64,000 nucleotides of DNA from contig ADNK01000171.1 in assembly GCA_000320545.1 (NCBI GenBank), positions 1 through 64,000 of the forward strand, written 5' to 3'. Origin of the DNA: Bigelowiella natans CCMP2755. Its lineage: Eukaryota > Protista > Cercozoa. The translations under genes and the position numbers were made by a program. Below the pieces are notes generated by a model. That model was not told the origin of the DNA. It did not search any database and saw nothing but the letters and a program-made list of their open reading frames with translations. Positions 1-12,980 of this stretch are shown in pieces (position 1 is the first letter of the stretch; the number at the start of each line of letters is the position of its first letter).

Positions 1-978
1 AACGAATTCATAACGCGGGCACCTTCCGTCGTCACGTAGCGCATCTTGCGGCTGTTTGCGCGCCGTCTAAGCTGCATCAGCAGCTCCTCCCCCCCCCCAA
101 ATTCACAATCGTCCCCGTCCTCGACTCCGTCGTCGTTTTTGCCTCCAATTCGCCGTCGCCGCCCTAGTGCATCCATCAGCCCCTCCTCCCCAGCCTCCCC
201 CGCGTCCTCCTCTTGGAACGCTGCTGCTGCCGCTGAGTGCCCCTCTTCCTGAATGATCTCCTCGAAGATCGAGTCAATGGACAAACTACGGGCGGGGCGA
301 GTGCCGCCGCTTTTCTAAGTGTGTTAAGGAAACAACGAATGATGTAATGATGATAATGATGATGATAACCGCAACGACGATCGGCAAGGGAGAATCATGA
401 GGATACATTGCGAGTGTAAAGGGGGGGGGGGATTGGGCGCATGCTTCTCGCGATCTCTCTGGTGGCAGAAGTAGAAGCTGCTGTAAATCAAAGTGCCAGT
501 ATACGATTATAAGAAGGAGAGTGTGAGGGAGGGGGTGAGGGGGGAGCACGCGGAATGCTGCAACCAATCACCAGCTCTGCTCTTTTCTCCCGAGTTGGCG
601 CTGCTGCTAGTCCTCCGAGGCCTAATTTTCCCGCTTGCTTCTCCTCGTCCGAGCTCTTTTTAGACGTACAAGAGAAATGATAAGAAGAAGAAGAAGCTCA
701 ATGAACGGGATTAGGAAAGATATGTATATGATTATATATATAAATATATAATACTTAATTATATTTTATTGTCTTCGATGTCCCCTTCCCTGACACTATT
801 CTCTCCGTCAGCTCATCTTCGCGAGTATCATACACCCCAATACAAAATTGCGCTTGTAAGTATAGGTTGAAAGGGGGGGAGGGGGGATACATACATCGTC
901 GTAGTAGTTGCGAATGAGCTCTTCGTCCCCGTCTTTGTGTATAGGCGATAACCTGAGAAGAAATCTCTCTCTCTCTCC

Positions 979-1029
<51 letters not shown>

Positions 1030-1143
1030 CACACTTTCGAGTCTGCATATACACACAAGAATTATAACATCAAACGGTGGTGGCGGTGGTGATAATGACT
1101 GTAATGACGATGACGACGACGATGATGATGATGGTGGTGGTGG

Positions 1144-1179
<36 letters not shown>

Positions 1180-2300
1180 AATTACTACGACGATACTACC
1201 ATGGCAAGAAGATCAGCATATGTTTTAATCCCTGAGATTCGAATCCCCGTCTCTTCATCAAACATGCCATCGACGACTGTCATCAACAACAACAACAACA
1301 ACAACACCATACCATCCACACGCAGTAAAGATTCGAAACGCACTAACGAATGAATACGGACGAATGTATCCTTACCATCGTCGCCGCCGCCACCTCCACC
1401 ACCGTCCTCCTTGCCTTCTGCTTCGTCGTTCTCAACTTGTTCGCCTTGGTCCTCCTCCTCCTCCTCCTCCTCCTCCTCCTCGTCGTCGGATTCTTTCATA
1501 TGCAGCTGCCACAACTGGCCTTGAACGTGCTCGCTCTCTTTAGCTACTGCTGCCATATTGTCAGCTTCTTCTTCTTCTTCTTCTTCCTCTTTGCAAGATG
1601 AGAGACACCGTCAACATTGTATGTTATCCAGCAGCGAATATGAGAACAAAATGCCATTACTTGCTTCTTCAGTGCTCGGTATCTCATTTTCACCCTCCCC
1701 CCCCCACCCCCCTATCTCTCTTTACTATTTTCACGGCATGTACTTACAACTACTGTCTCTTTCCCCCTCCCGAGTGGTGTACACACGGGGGGAGAACACA
1801 TCGACAAGGCATTGCTCCATCTCCTCCAAAAAAAATTAATTATAATACTGGTTACCGTCGCCGCTGTCGTCGTATTCGTCGCCTTCTACCGCATGCAGTG
1901 GAGGACTCAGAGACCTATTCTTCTTCTTCAACTTCGATGGCCGTGCGGGTGATGCTGAAACCAGAGAACTTACTTAGAGTGCCGCACCGCCCAAAGAATG
2001 CTTAACATCTTCTGCGTTCGTTCTATATCTTATGCTAATATATACATGTTTATATCAAACATAAAGCAGTTTCCTATGCGCTCCTGCTTTGTTCACACCA
2101 AGCACTCAATGTTTGCCCCCACTATCACCACAATCACAACCATCTCCACGACACTTGGATGGGTGGATGCATGTATGGATGGTGCGAGATGGGACGAGGA
2201 GGGGGCCAACAGACGAGAGAGAGCGGAGAAAAGCTCAAAACCTTCGAAGAAGTTGCAGAAATAGAGGAGCTCCCCTCCCGGTCCCCAGCTGGCCCTGAGG

Positions 2301-2336
<36 letters not shown>

Positions 2337-3242
2337 AAGAAGAAGAAGTAGTCGAAGTGGTAGCAGCACCAAAATTATTGATACTATATGGACAAGAAAT
2401 ACCCAAACTAACGACCATGCGAGTCCCACGGCTGATATTTCACTCGCCATTGTGAGGGTTCTTACCGGCACAGCGCAGGGCAGATGAGCATTCGGTCGGA
2501 TATTTTCGCCCTCTCCTCGTCGTCCTTCTCATCCACTCGTCGACGCCCCCTCCTCTGCTCCTCGAACGGCCCGCTCCCGAACATCATTTCGTCATATGGA
2601 TCCTGCCCCTCGCTCCTCTCCTGTTATTATCCCGACGTTATTGTGCGCGCTCTTAGAATTCTGCATGCTGATTTCGGTTGTTGCTGTGTGGGCAGCAGCA
2701 TGGGGGTTAATACTACTACCATGAAACTATCGACGTATGAAGTTTGGCTGAGGGAACCAGTGGATGCAACATCGCCTCTACCGTCGCTACTGCGCCCGCT
2801 CATAACGAAGTGAAGGCTGGACTTCCTGAAAAAGCTTCTGGGTTGAGCAACCCACTCTCGATCTGCGAGTACAGCCGGGCTTGGTGTTTTTTATGTGTTA
2901 CCGGTGTTGGTAGCCTAACAATGATTCAGTCGGCGGGGGTGGGGGGGGGCAGCTATGAAAGCCGACCAGATACCAAAGCGTTAGCTTCGACTCTTCTTAA
3001 ACTGGGTTCTTGGCCTGGGTTGAGTGTGCCCCGGGGGGGGCAGCCCAATCCACCATCTCGCCTCGGTTTTGCCTTTGAGGGGGGTGCGCTCCAGTACGAA
3101 GATTAGGAAAAAAAAATAGTAATATTCCCCTATAATTATTGTCGTATGATGAATAAATCCATCTACTTTTTGCTTCGAAACTGGATCTAAGCGGCACAGG
3201 CCGGACGGAACGAGGGGGAGAAATCATGCCTAAAACATCCAT
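1..3242 (-). CDS. Multi-exon hypothetical protein, acidic/low-complexity; 3' end lies outside the window
   Basis: GT-AG bounded minus-strand exons translate cleanly (e.g. REWVAQPRSFFRKSSLHFVMSG..., QDPYDEMMFGSGPFEEQRRG..., SASPARPSKLKKKNRSLSPP..., E/D-rich exon at 1.2-1.55 kb). No domain recognised; start approximate. Confidence 0.5.
964..1028. repeat. Compound (CT)n(CA)n microsatellite, representative of dozens of intronic (CA), (TA), (GA), (CAT), (TAG), (CAA) and poly-G/C tracts
   Basis: Seen directly; similar compound tracts at about 27446-27560, 43629-43704, 46900-47030 and 61640-61742. Confidence 0.95.
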
Positions 3243-3437
3243 GAAGATCTTGCCCTGCTCCGTCGGTCTACTGTGCCAAGAATAAAAAGGGATTTCGATC
3301 CTGCGTCACAGGATGAACAGTTGTTGCAATAAAAAATCCCGATATTCTCTGTGTGTTCGCCCTTCACTAGTCGATCGAGAGCGACAAGGCGTGGACTCGT
3401 CCAGGCGCGGCACGGTCCAACGAGCTCGAGCGAAGAA

Positions 3438-5482
3438 TGGTGGCGATGTCTTCGCGTTATTCTGTACGTTGGCGAGGGATCTAACTGGTAGCCTTTGTTG
3501 CAGCATTCTTAGAGATTCAGTGCATGGGCAAGGCTGCAAGTTCTAGACACTACGGGTGGTTATCTGCACTTTTTGTTGGCATGGGGTGAGTCTAGAAGAA
3601 CCACACAATCGTTTTATGGAAACACTCTGCTCACCTGGACGTTTGGGCAGGGCCTGGAGGCTATCGTGACCATGTGGCAGTCATCATTGGAACGTAATAG
3701 CTCGCCATTCGGAGTAGCTTTCAATTCGCTGAAACCACAGCCCAGCATTCAACTATCTGCGCAACTCTTCATCGTTTTGTCTTTGTCTTACGAAACAGGA
3801 GATTTCAATGCGGAATCTCACCACGGTGAAGGTGGGAAGCAGATAAGGTGGCACGTGGGAGCCGCTGTGGCGGTGTTGACGATTGCTCTGGTAGCTTCAG
3901 TAACCTGGGCAAGGACCACGCTCTTTGCAGGATGTTGTTCGTGGGAGACTCTTAGTCTACCCATACAGGATCAACACAACAGCTATGCTCAAAATCAGCA
4001 CTCAGAAGCAGGATTAGGTGAAGGCGATGCGTCTGTTGGAGAAGAGCTGGTTGGGAACCAGGTCTTTCCTCCGCACCGATAACGCTCACGATTTCCCTGC
4101 AGTAGTCTTCGAGGTGACTGATCCGTGAGTATTTTTGTATTTGCAGAACAGTCGTCAGCATAAAAAACCGCGAATGGAGAGGCGTTCCGATGAAGCGGCT
4201 CTGACGAACGAACGGGTCCGGCAACTTGAAATGCAAGTCAACCTGCTGCACCAATCCCATCGGACTCTCAGCGATATCTTGAAGGCCCAAACGAAAGTGA
4301 TGGAGATGGTCTCCAAGCAGCTCCATGTGAGATTATTTACCAAGATGATGATGTGTCCACTTCACTTTTTGAAAGAAGGGCCCGGACAGCATTTAGTGAG
4401 AGTCACTCATTCTTCAGGAAAGCAAGCCTGCGATCCCGCCGGAAATCGTGATTAAATCGGAAGACAAACATAGAGACGGTAACTTTGTTGCCATATCCAT
4501 AGATTCGTTGGTGTCTTAGAAATCTTCTTTAGGAGCATCAGCTTTGGTGAAGGACCCGCATGCGAAGTTTTATCGAAAGCATCATTATCAACGGATGGCA
4601 GTAAGGGTCACATCTTTATGATGATGATGATGATGATGATGATGATGGTTATGTTGATGATGTCGCCGTTGTACTGATTCATCTACTTTTATTTATTCTT
4701 AGCAAGAATTTGAGACCCAATTTGATCATCTTCAACCTAGAGAACGGGAGAGGGCACGATTCATCGCGGTACCTCCCCTCAAATCACCCATGGTCGCGAA
4801 GTGAACGTATTATATGACCGACAGGCCTACAAAGTCTGTGTCGGCAAGGAGCCTACAGAGAGGATGATTGCAGATGCTCTCAGGAATGCGTGGTATGGAT
4901 ACTCTTCTCAAAAGCCAAAACTTTCGCGTGGTTCTGAGCGTGATATTCTGTGCAGGAGGCCGGCTCGCCGGACGAATCCCCAAGCAATAGAAGAAAATAC
5001 TACTGGGCAAAAACAAGATGATGAAGGTACCGTTGTCACGGGCATTCTTAAATGGTGCTTCTTACGACCAAATAGATTTACTCTGAAGGTATGAGATAAC
5101 TCAAATATTTAATTTAAGCAATGGAGTTGGATGAAGAGGCAGAGCTAAGGGATTGGGTGAGAGAGAACGGAATCGATAAGGTGAAAGAGGAAATAAATGC
5201 ACCGATCGATCTCGACGAATGGGACACTGAAAAAATCGTCGACCCGAAGTTGAAGAAGGTAGTGACGTTATCAACTCAAGGCTTGCATTGTAGCAGTACA
5301 TTGATGTGTGAAATGCAATGTATCAGTACAAAGATACAATTGACAAACTCACGGCCGAGGGACTGCTGGAAGAGGGGAGAAAGAAAATTCGGGATAAAGC
5401 GCGACAGATGTTCCCGAGCTTGCGCGATAATCGCACCTTACAAGAGATTATGGAAGGGAAGCCTCCGCCAAAATTATTTTGA
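3438..5482 (+). CDS. Multi-exon hypothetical protein with a hydrophobic segment and coiled coil
   Basis: Exons include HVGAAVAVLTIALVASVTW (hydrophobic), ERVRQLEMQVNLLHQSHRTLSDILKAQ (coiled coil), LRDWVRENGIDKVKEE and a last exon ...MFPSLRDNRTLQEIMEGKPPPKLF* (TGA 5480-5482). Start uncertain. Confidence 0.5.
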
Positions 5483-5797
5483 CGGTTATTTTTCCCGTTT
5501 TATTACGAGTACGTTAGCCGTGATGAAAATGAAATGGTTGATCCGAGTACTTGCACTGGTCCTTGTGCATTGCGGTGCATGTGAGATGCGCTTCTTACGC
5601 ACCCACTTCGCAACCCTAATGTACGTGAGCTTCAAATCGCGTACGAATTGTGGCACGAATGCTTCAGGATGGTCATGAATGAGCTGTGCGCCTTTCTGTC
5701 AACACTTTGTTTACATGAAAAATCCTAGATGCACATGTGTACGAGCCGCTTGTGTTTCACATGGATGCACATGTGGAGGCATTGCACAGCTACGTGA

Positions 5798-6180
5798 GGA
5801 TGACCATTGAACAAATTCAATTGATTCATTACATCCGTCTTACATGTGGAGGCTACACATGCAACGCACTGCCACATCTAGTCATGCGTGGCGCGATCAG
5901 TCAAAGATGACGATCATCTACTCAGTTACCCGGAATACGACTAACATGCTAGCATGCTAGAACATTGCGCAATCAACCAATGGCAACAATGGACACGGAC
6001 TGGGACAGCTAGAGACCCGAACCGATTGACCGCAGACAAAAAAATGAGGAGTATTTAAACATTCGTTACATCCGTCCGCGAGTCTCATGTACAAACATGA
6101 TCTTAGCACTGTAGCCGTCGCTTTGCCCAACATTAGGATGACGATTAAATTTTTTAATCATTCATTACATCCGTTTCATA
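5798..6180 (+). repeat. Three degenerate copies of a GGATGAC..ATT...TCATTACATCCGTC motif, related to the inverted-repeat element at 40555-40804
   Basis: Copies at 5798-5846, 6061-6090 (core only) and 6136-6180 share the TTACATCCGT core with the inverted repeats at 40555 and 40786. Confidence 0.6.
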
Positions 6181-6349
6181 TATTTATTACATGTTGTTAC
6201 TTAAAAATATTATTAGTGTATAATGATGTAACTAACATTAATAAATATTAAATTTGTTAAATTACGTTGTTAAATTAAGTACAAATTTACCTATATTAAA
6301 ATACTTTTAGTGTGTAATGATGTAGCTATTAAGGCCGTTAAATAATGCC

Positions 6350-7733
6350 TCAGTCTACAATCTCAATGTCAGCGCATGATGCCCAAGCTTGATCCTCTCC
6401 TACAAACAACAGACAAAAGCCATCACGTTCTTTTCATGAGCACGCAAGATACATTTTCGCTGAAGTACACGAGGGATTCCACCAAGCATTGTGTGTGTTG
6501 CATCTGTCGCATGCGGGTTGCTATGGCTTGATGCTGTCGGACCTTCGGTGTCCCATCGAAAGCCGAGAACATAGAGACCTGGTTCCAATCCGGGGGGAAG
6601 GACTACACGATCAACAATCGACCATTCAAAGTACCACTTTCCTGCAACGTTGTCCAGTCGATACACTCCAAAGCCGAAGGCCTCAGGAACTGGCGGCTCA
6701 AACTGCGTGCCGTCAGGGCACCCGGGAGAGGTAGAGGGCTCCCCATGGGGTTTGCATGCTGGGATTGGATTTCTCATCCACTCGGACCCCGGTGGGTATG
6801 TACCATTGGAAGTCTTCATGCCTTCAAAGTAAACGCGTGTGCCGTTGTAGAACTGGATCGCTTGCTTCGTTCCCTCGAAACGAAGGGGCGTTTTCTGGAA
6901 GCACTCCTCGGTAATATCAGTCTTGCCATTGGCCGGCAGCCTGCACAGCCGATAGGAATATCCTCCGCCGTGATTCGCGCTGATCCCCCACACAGTCTCG
7001 ATCACGGAGCCGGACCTGTAAGTGCTTGTCACGACTTCTGGGAAGTCTACGTCGCGAGCGTCCATTCCGTACCCACACCCTCCTCTCAAAATGCCGTTTT
7101 GGGGAACTTTGAGCGGTTCAGAAGATGCGTTTGAAGAAAGGCGAAGAGGCCTGTGGTCTGCCATTAAAAGGAAGGTTACATATGTTTCAGGGGTTGTTCA
7201 ATCTTGCCACTTCGCTCAAACTCTATACTTACCCAAACCGGATGGATTGCCACCGAACGCGCCACAGGGATAGAACGTTGACGTCCCTGGCGCACGCCAA
7301 GGCTTGGTCGATCTGTCCTCATCATCGAAGAATGTTCGTAAAGGAGAGTCGTCTGGAATGGTTGGTTCCCCGGGAATTCTCGTCCCGTTGGTGTACCACC
7401 AACAGTCGCATCCGGGCTTGTGGTCGTAGATTCCTCTGAACGCAAATTTCTCGATGCAGCTGAGAAAACCACCGATCTCAGCGAAACAAGCATTAATATC
7501 GAAACGGAGGAAGAGTTGACCCGATCCTGCATTGAAGAGTGGTGCGGTTCGCCAGCCATCCTCCTGAGTTGTCATCACGCAGCAAATTCATCATGCGTTG
7601 AAACGTTTCAAGTCACATACATCCAGCACATGAACAGCAGACCAGGGTTTGTCCAAGGCGGGGGAAACTGCAAATTTCCGTGCCCAAGGGAGGGGACGAA
7701 GGTCGTCGCAAGGATGGCCCAAGAGAACAACAT
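6350..7733 (-). CDS. Secreted lytic polysaccharide monooxygenase (LPMO)-like copper protein, 5 exons
   Basis: Signal peptide MLFSWAILATTFVPSLG followed directly by His1 (HGNLQFPPPW; codon 7680-7682). Also PWRAPG..PCG, second His in ANHGGGYSYRLC (6970-6972), EECFQKTPL, WMRNPIPAC, YVLGFRWD, and a spliced last exon (6399-6350) GEDQAWASCADIEIVD*. Confidence 0.88.
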
Positions 7734-8429
7734 AGATCAACGATTTGTGAGGAGTGTGCGTCGTGTGCGTGCACAGTTTCAGATCTTAAGTTGCCATCAG
7801 TACCGATCAGCGCTTTGTGAACGGCCAGCGGCACCACGCCTCCGACAACCTCTTCCGCCTGCCACGCACGGATATCCCGAATGGTTTCCTCGTTCGTGCA
7901 AAGATCAGTAATATGGAAGGGACGAGAGCAGACACTCTCGAGGCAAGCCTGCTTGCGGATGGAAAAATCATGAGATATCGCCATTTATTGTGGTTCGAGG
8001 CCAGATCTGCCTGTCTCTGCGGGGGAACGTACTCTGTTCACCGCTTCCCAATGGTGCCACGCGGCCCCACGTTGGTCATAGCGAGCAAGCTCCAACTCTC
8101 GTTTTGCCCTTTTCGGGCCCTTTTTGGTGTGCTTTCCACACTCTTCACTCTACTTCAACTATTTCCCCTGCCATTACGTGCAGCAAGCACCGATCAACCA
8201 TCAGCAACAACAACAACAAGAAGAAGAAGAGCTGAAGCTTCTGAGGCGAGAATGAGTTTTGAGGAGGGCACGAGAGAGCCTCGGGAGAGGCTCGACGATG
8301 CGGAGGCGTCGTGCCTTGACGCGAGTTGAAAATATAGGCCGTTTTTTTACGTTTTTCTTTCGAAAGAAGTGCTCGCCTGCACAGCTCACTTTCCGACACT
8401 CTCATCGCCCATTTTATCCGCAGTAGCGA

Positions 8430-9212
8430 ATGGTCGTCAGCAAGTCCGACGTGGCCCTTCTCGTCCTCCGATACCTCGAGACTAGCAAGTTCCCGGAGAG
8501 CTTCGAGGCCTTCAAGAGGGAGAGGTTGGCTGCTGTTGGGTGGGGGGGGGGGAGCTGTGGTGTTTTGGTCGGTGGTGCTCTGATTTTCTTGAACATTCCG
8601 CAGCGCGCATTTAGTCGGGTCGAAATTGGACTCCTTAGGGAAGCTTAGGGGAATCGACTCGATTCTTGACGACTATATCTCGCTTAAGAGGGAACGTATG
8701 GCCAACCAGTCGCTTTTGAAGGCTATGACTCGAAAGTCAGAACCACAATCGCCAAACCTAACTGTGTTCTCCGCTTCGACTGAATCTTCTATGCTTGCTT
8801 GTTTACTTTCCCCGCAGGTCCCTTTCTGAGTCGTATGCCCAGAAGTTTTGTACATTGTTGGATGATTACAGCATAGCTAGAAACTTGGAAGAGAGGAAGG
8901 CGCCACCACCATCATCATCATCATCATCATCATCCAGGGTGCATCAAATGACTCCCGTCAGACCTGTAACGAGGCGGTGGGCTAGTCCAGAATCATTACT
9001 GGCTTCAGCTTCTCGTAGAAAACGCAAGCGTCCTCGGAAAATCAATGTTACAGAGGATGAAGACTTCACATTCCCGGGGGCTGGTTCTATGCTCTCGCCA
9101 ATGATGGGTGATTCAGACTCTCATAACGACGCTTTCCTGGAAAGGTACCCATGTTTCGAGAATCGTTGCTCAGTAGCGCCCGCCGAAATAGTGAGAACGG
9201 CTCTCTGAATGG

Positions 9213-9251
<39 letters not shown>

Positions 9252-9537
9252 GCTATTGCTACCAGCATTCTGAAAACAAACTTACCAGAAAAGCTGGCAG
9301 ATTTCGCAAACATGGTCCAGCCAGGAGACGGAAGCAGCGGGGGGGGCTCCACCACCGGGATGTGAGTTGCTTTTCGTGGGTTCCGTTCACCCTCGTGTTG
9401 ATGGTGCGTGACTTTATGGCCCACATCTCTTTCTAGGCAACAACAACAGCAACAGCAGCAGCAACGACAGCAAGCGCAACTAGAAGATCTTTTGGTCTCG
9501 CTTCAGCCAGAGGCTGTGGAGCTGCTGTGAGTACAGA

Positions 9538-9575
<38 letters not shown>

Positions 9576-10495
9576 GTCTCTTTGTTTCTTTTCTCTTCAA
9601 CGGTACGACGTGATAATTCGAAATAATGATAGTTTTCTTCTTCTACTTGGTTTAGAGGCGAGCTTTGTTTAGCCCCGCTTGGCGAAGCATCTGATGGCAC
9701 TGGTGTTGATATCGGGAACGTTCTCGAGAGCAGCAGCAGCGGCAGCGGCAGCAGGAGCAGAGCTTCTAAGGACGAGAAAGGAGCTTCTGAAGACGTGAAG
9801 AGCAGGATGGACAGCACGCAGAGAGGTATGTTTTTATGGCTGTGGAACCCCCAGCTAGGAGCCCATCCCGGAACATGAATATGTATGATTCGCACTACTT
9901 TCTTCTCGTCCAAACACCAACCCGACAGCCGACTCACATCGTGCGGTAAATCACGTAGTTGCAGAACAGCGAGGGGCTGCTGCTCCAGGGGCGCCAGCTG
10001 CTAGTATGGGCCCGAGAGGAGGACGTAACGACGGCCATGCCGATAGACCGCAAGCGGGTGCGACAGTTCGGAATCGTAAAGGCCCGACGAGCAGGGTGGT
10101 GACGGAAATCGGAAGTTGTGATAATTCAAACGACGGTGGCGGCGGCACCAGTAGGAGCACTGGCAGCAGCAGCAGCATAGCACAGAGATCGTCGTCATCA
10201 CCATCGCAAACCAGAGCCGAAAATGTCGGCGTGGCTGAGCCGTTGTCGAGGTCGGGCACTACTGTGTAGTAGCTAAATGCCTGCCTGCCTTCTCCCCCTC
10301 CTCCTCCTTCTCCTCCTCCTACCTTTCCCCTGCTGCAAGTTCTGCATAAGACAATTGGAAGTAGTAGCTTCTGTCGGTGAATTTTTGAGAGCCCGTCAGG
10401 GTTAGGCGGAGGAGGAGGAGGGGGGGGGGGAGAGAGAGAGAGAGAGATTGAAATTCAAACATTTCTTCATCCCCTTAACAGCCCTTCCTGCTGGT

Positions 10496-10549
<54 letters not shown>

Positions 10550-11104
10550 TGCAGGAATCCATCATCGTCGCCTCCCCCACCGAGAACAACAACTTTGAAT
10601 GACGCCAAGAATAATGCTGCTGCTGCTGCTACTGCTGCTGTCTCCGATGGAGGAGGAGGAGGAAGAAGAAGAACGACTTCTGATGCTGGGAAAAGGATGC
10701 CGCCTCCTTCTCCTGCTACTGCTTCAACTACTGCTCAACTGACATCTGAACAGCGAAGTAATATTAGTGCTAATGGTAGTAGTAGTAATAGTAGCAGTAG
10801 TAGTAGCAATAGTAGTAGTAGTAGTAGTAGTAGTAATAGTAGTAGTCATCATCCTCGAAGTGGGGAAGCAGGTCACAAGCCACAAGATGGTAGGAATGCA
10901 ATCAGCAGCAGCAGCAGCAGCAGCAATATATTGAAACCGCCCTTGCCGGGACGCAAAGGCCTGGAAGATGCAGAGGAAAAGGAGGTGCATCGAATCGAAC
11001 AAGACCCTCAGGGTGCTAGCTCGAAGAACAATGATGGAGACGACGAGCTGGACATTCCAAGTGACGACGATTTTCTAGACGACGTTGGATATGGCGATTC
11101 GTAG
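8430..11104 (+). CDS. LisH-domain nuclear protein, NPAT-like N-terminus, long disordered tail
   Basis: MVVSKSDVALLVLRYLETSKFPESFEAFKRE then GKLRGIDSILDDYISLK resembles the NPAT N-terminal LisH region. Basic NLS RRKRKRPRK, S/T-P sites, acidic C-terminus ...DDFLDDVGYGDS*. Confidence 0.65.
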
Positions 11105-11898
11105 GAGAAGGATGAGGCGGGAGCTCGTGAAGATGTGCAGACGTCAACTATAGGATACCGATGTGCGAAACCCAAAAATGTCACACTAGTATGGGAATAT
11201 CAAACACAGAAATGTCACACTAGCATATTTGCGATGGAGAGCAGGATGCGTGAATCTATGAACTGCTAGTGTGGCCTGATGAGCTAGTGTGTAGCAGGTC
11301 GCGAGTGTCGTATATCGTGTAAGCAAGTGTCCTGTCACGTCACCAACAGGGCGGAGACAGATATCATGCAGTAGAGCACAGAGTGCGATGCGCATGTGTG
11401 AGGAGTGCGGAGAAACTCGGCCTCGCAGCTGTCATACAGCGCCAGCAGACATCGAGCCATCAAACGTAGCACTTGCAGTAAACTTTGCCAGTGCCCTATG
11501 TGTGTAGCGGCAATACGATGCGCTGTAGGGTAAGTTGTCTCGCGTTTTCGCTGCACGTAGCCGCAGCTAGCAGCGTGTAGCGTGACTCAAGCGCACGAAA
11601 ATAGTAAGTGGTCGCTTTTGACCCCGCATCGCATGTGCGGCTTGTTACGCGCCTCACATGGTGATGTGCCACGCGATAGTTTCATTTCGCGTTTTGTGCT
11701 CTCGCTGCTGCCTACAGCTAGCGCTGGTGAAACGTTTTCCACGTGCCGGAGCGCAACGGACAGTACGATTCATGCAATTCATCATCATACAAAGACACCC
11801 TCAATTACGACACATAAACTAGCACATGCTATAATTTCACCAAACTAGACATTTTGTAGGTCCTGCAACATACTAGCGGTGATAATGGCAGCCGACTC

Positions 11899-12945
11899 TT
11901 AGCAGCGTTTTTCATCGTCCCAAGCATGCCCATCATCGCCATCGCCGCTGTTACGACCTTCTTCTCCTTCTTCTTCATCAACAATCATCACCATCACGAC
12001 CATCGTACCAATCTTCGTCCTCGTCATCGTCATCTTCGAAACGCTTAAATCGACACGAATCCCCCTGCAGCACAACCACCTGGCAGTCTTTCTGACACAA
12101 GAAGGCGTGCCCGGAACATGCCCGGAGACTCGATAGAACGCGTACCTAAAAACACGTGCGTGTGTAATTATGCTGACCCGAAAACAAAAATTGAAAATAT
12201 TATTATTGCGTAAGTTCTGGTAGGAGAATATTTTCAAGTTCTCTCTCTCTTCCTCCTCCCCCCCCCCCCCCCCCCCCCACCCCTCCCCTGCTTCCGCAAA
12301 ATTGCGACGTGCAAAAAAATCAAACCGAAAAGCAAAGTCAGCAAGGTGTGACAGCATTAGGATGTCCGGCGTCCTGTTGTGGTGTTGTTTTTCCACACAT
12401 GCAACGACGACGACGATATCTCAGTGAAGAAATCAAAAGGAGGGTAGGTAAGATGGATGATGCTGTGTTTGCCGGTCGTGAACATAACATTAGCTAACAG
12501 GAAAGAGCAGGGAAAGAAGCACCAAACATGATACCATCGACATATCATTGCCGCATCATCATCATCATCATCATCATCCTCATCATCGTCATCATCCTCA
12601 TTATGACAATCATCATCACAGTCATTATCATTATCCTGTCACCGGCCGCCTCGCGGCTTCTTGTAACAACATCTTCTCTTTACTACGACGACTTACTGGT
12701 GGCGAAAGAGCCTGGAGAGGAAGCTGACCCCTGCACTTGCGAGCAGCAGCAGCGCCACGATGAATAAATTGAGCCCCAGCCTCACATTTGATGACCCATG
12801 AGCAGTATAGAATAAAAAACAGACTCCTACGCGATGGCGGGGAGCAGCTCATTCAGGATGGAGAAGAAAAAGAAAGGGGGAGGGGGGAAGGGGGGAAGCG
12901 GTAGAAGCGGAAGGAGGGGGAAAAGAATGACAGGGGGAGGAGGAG

Positions 12946-12980
<35 letters not shown>

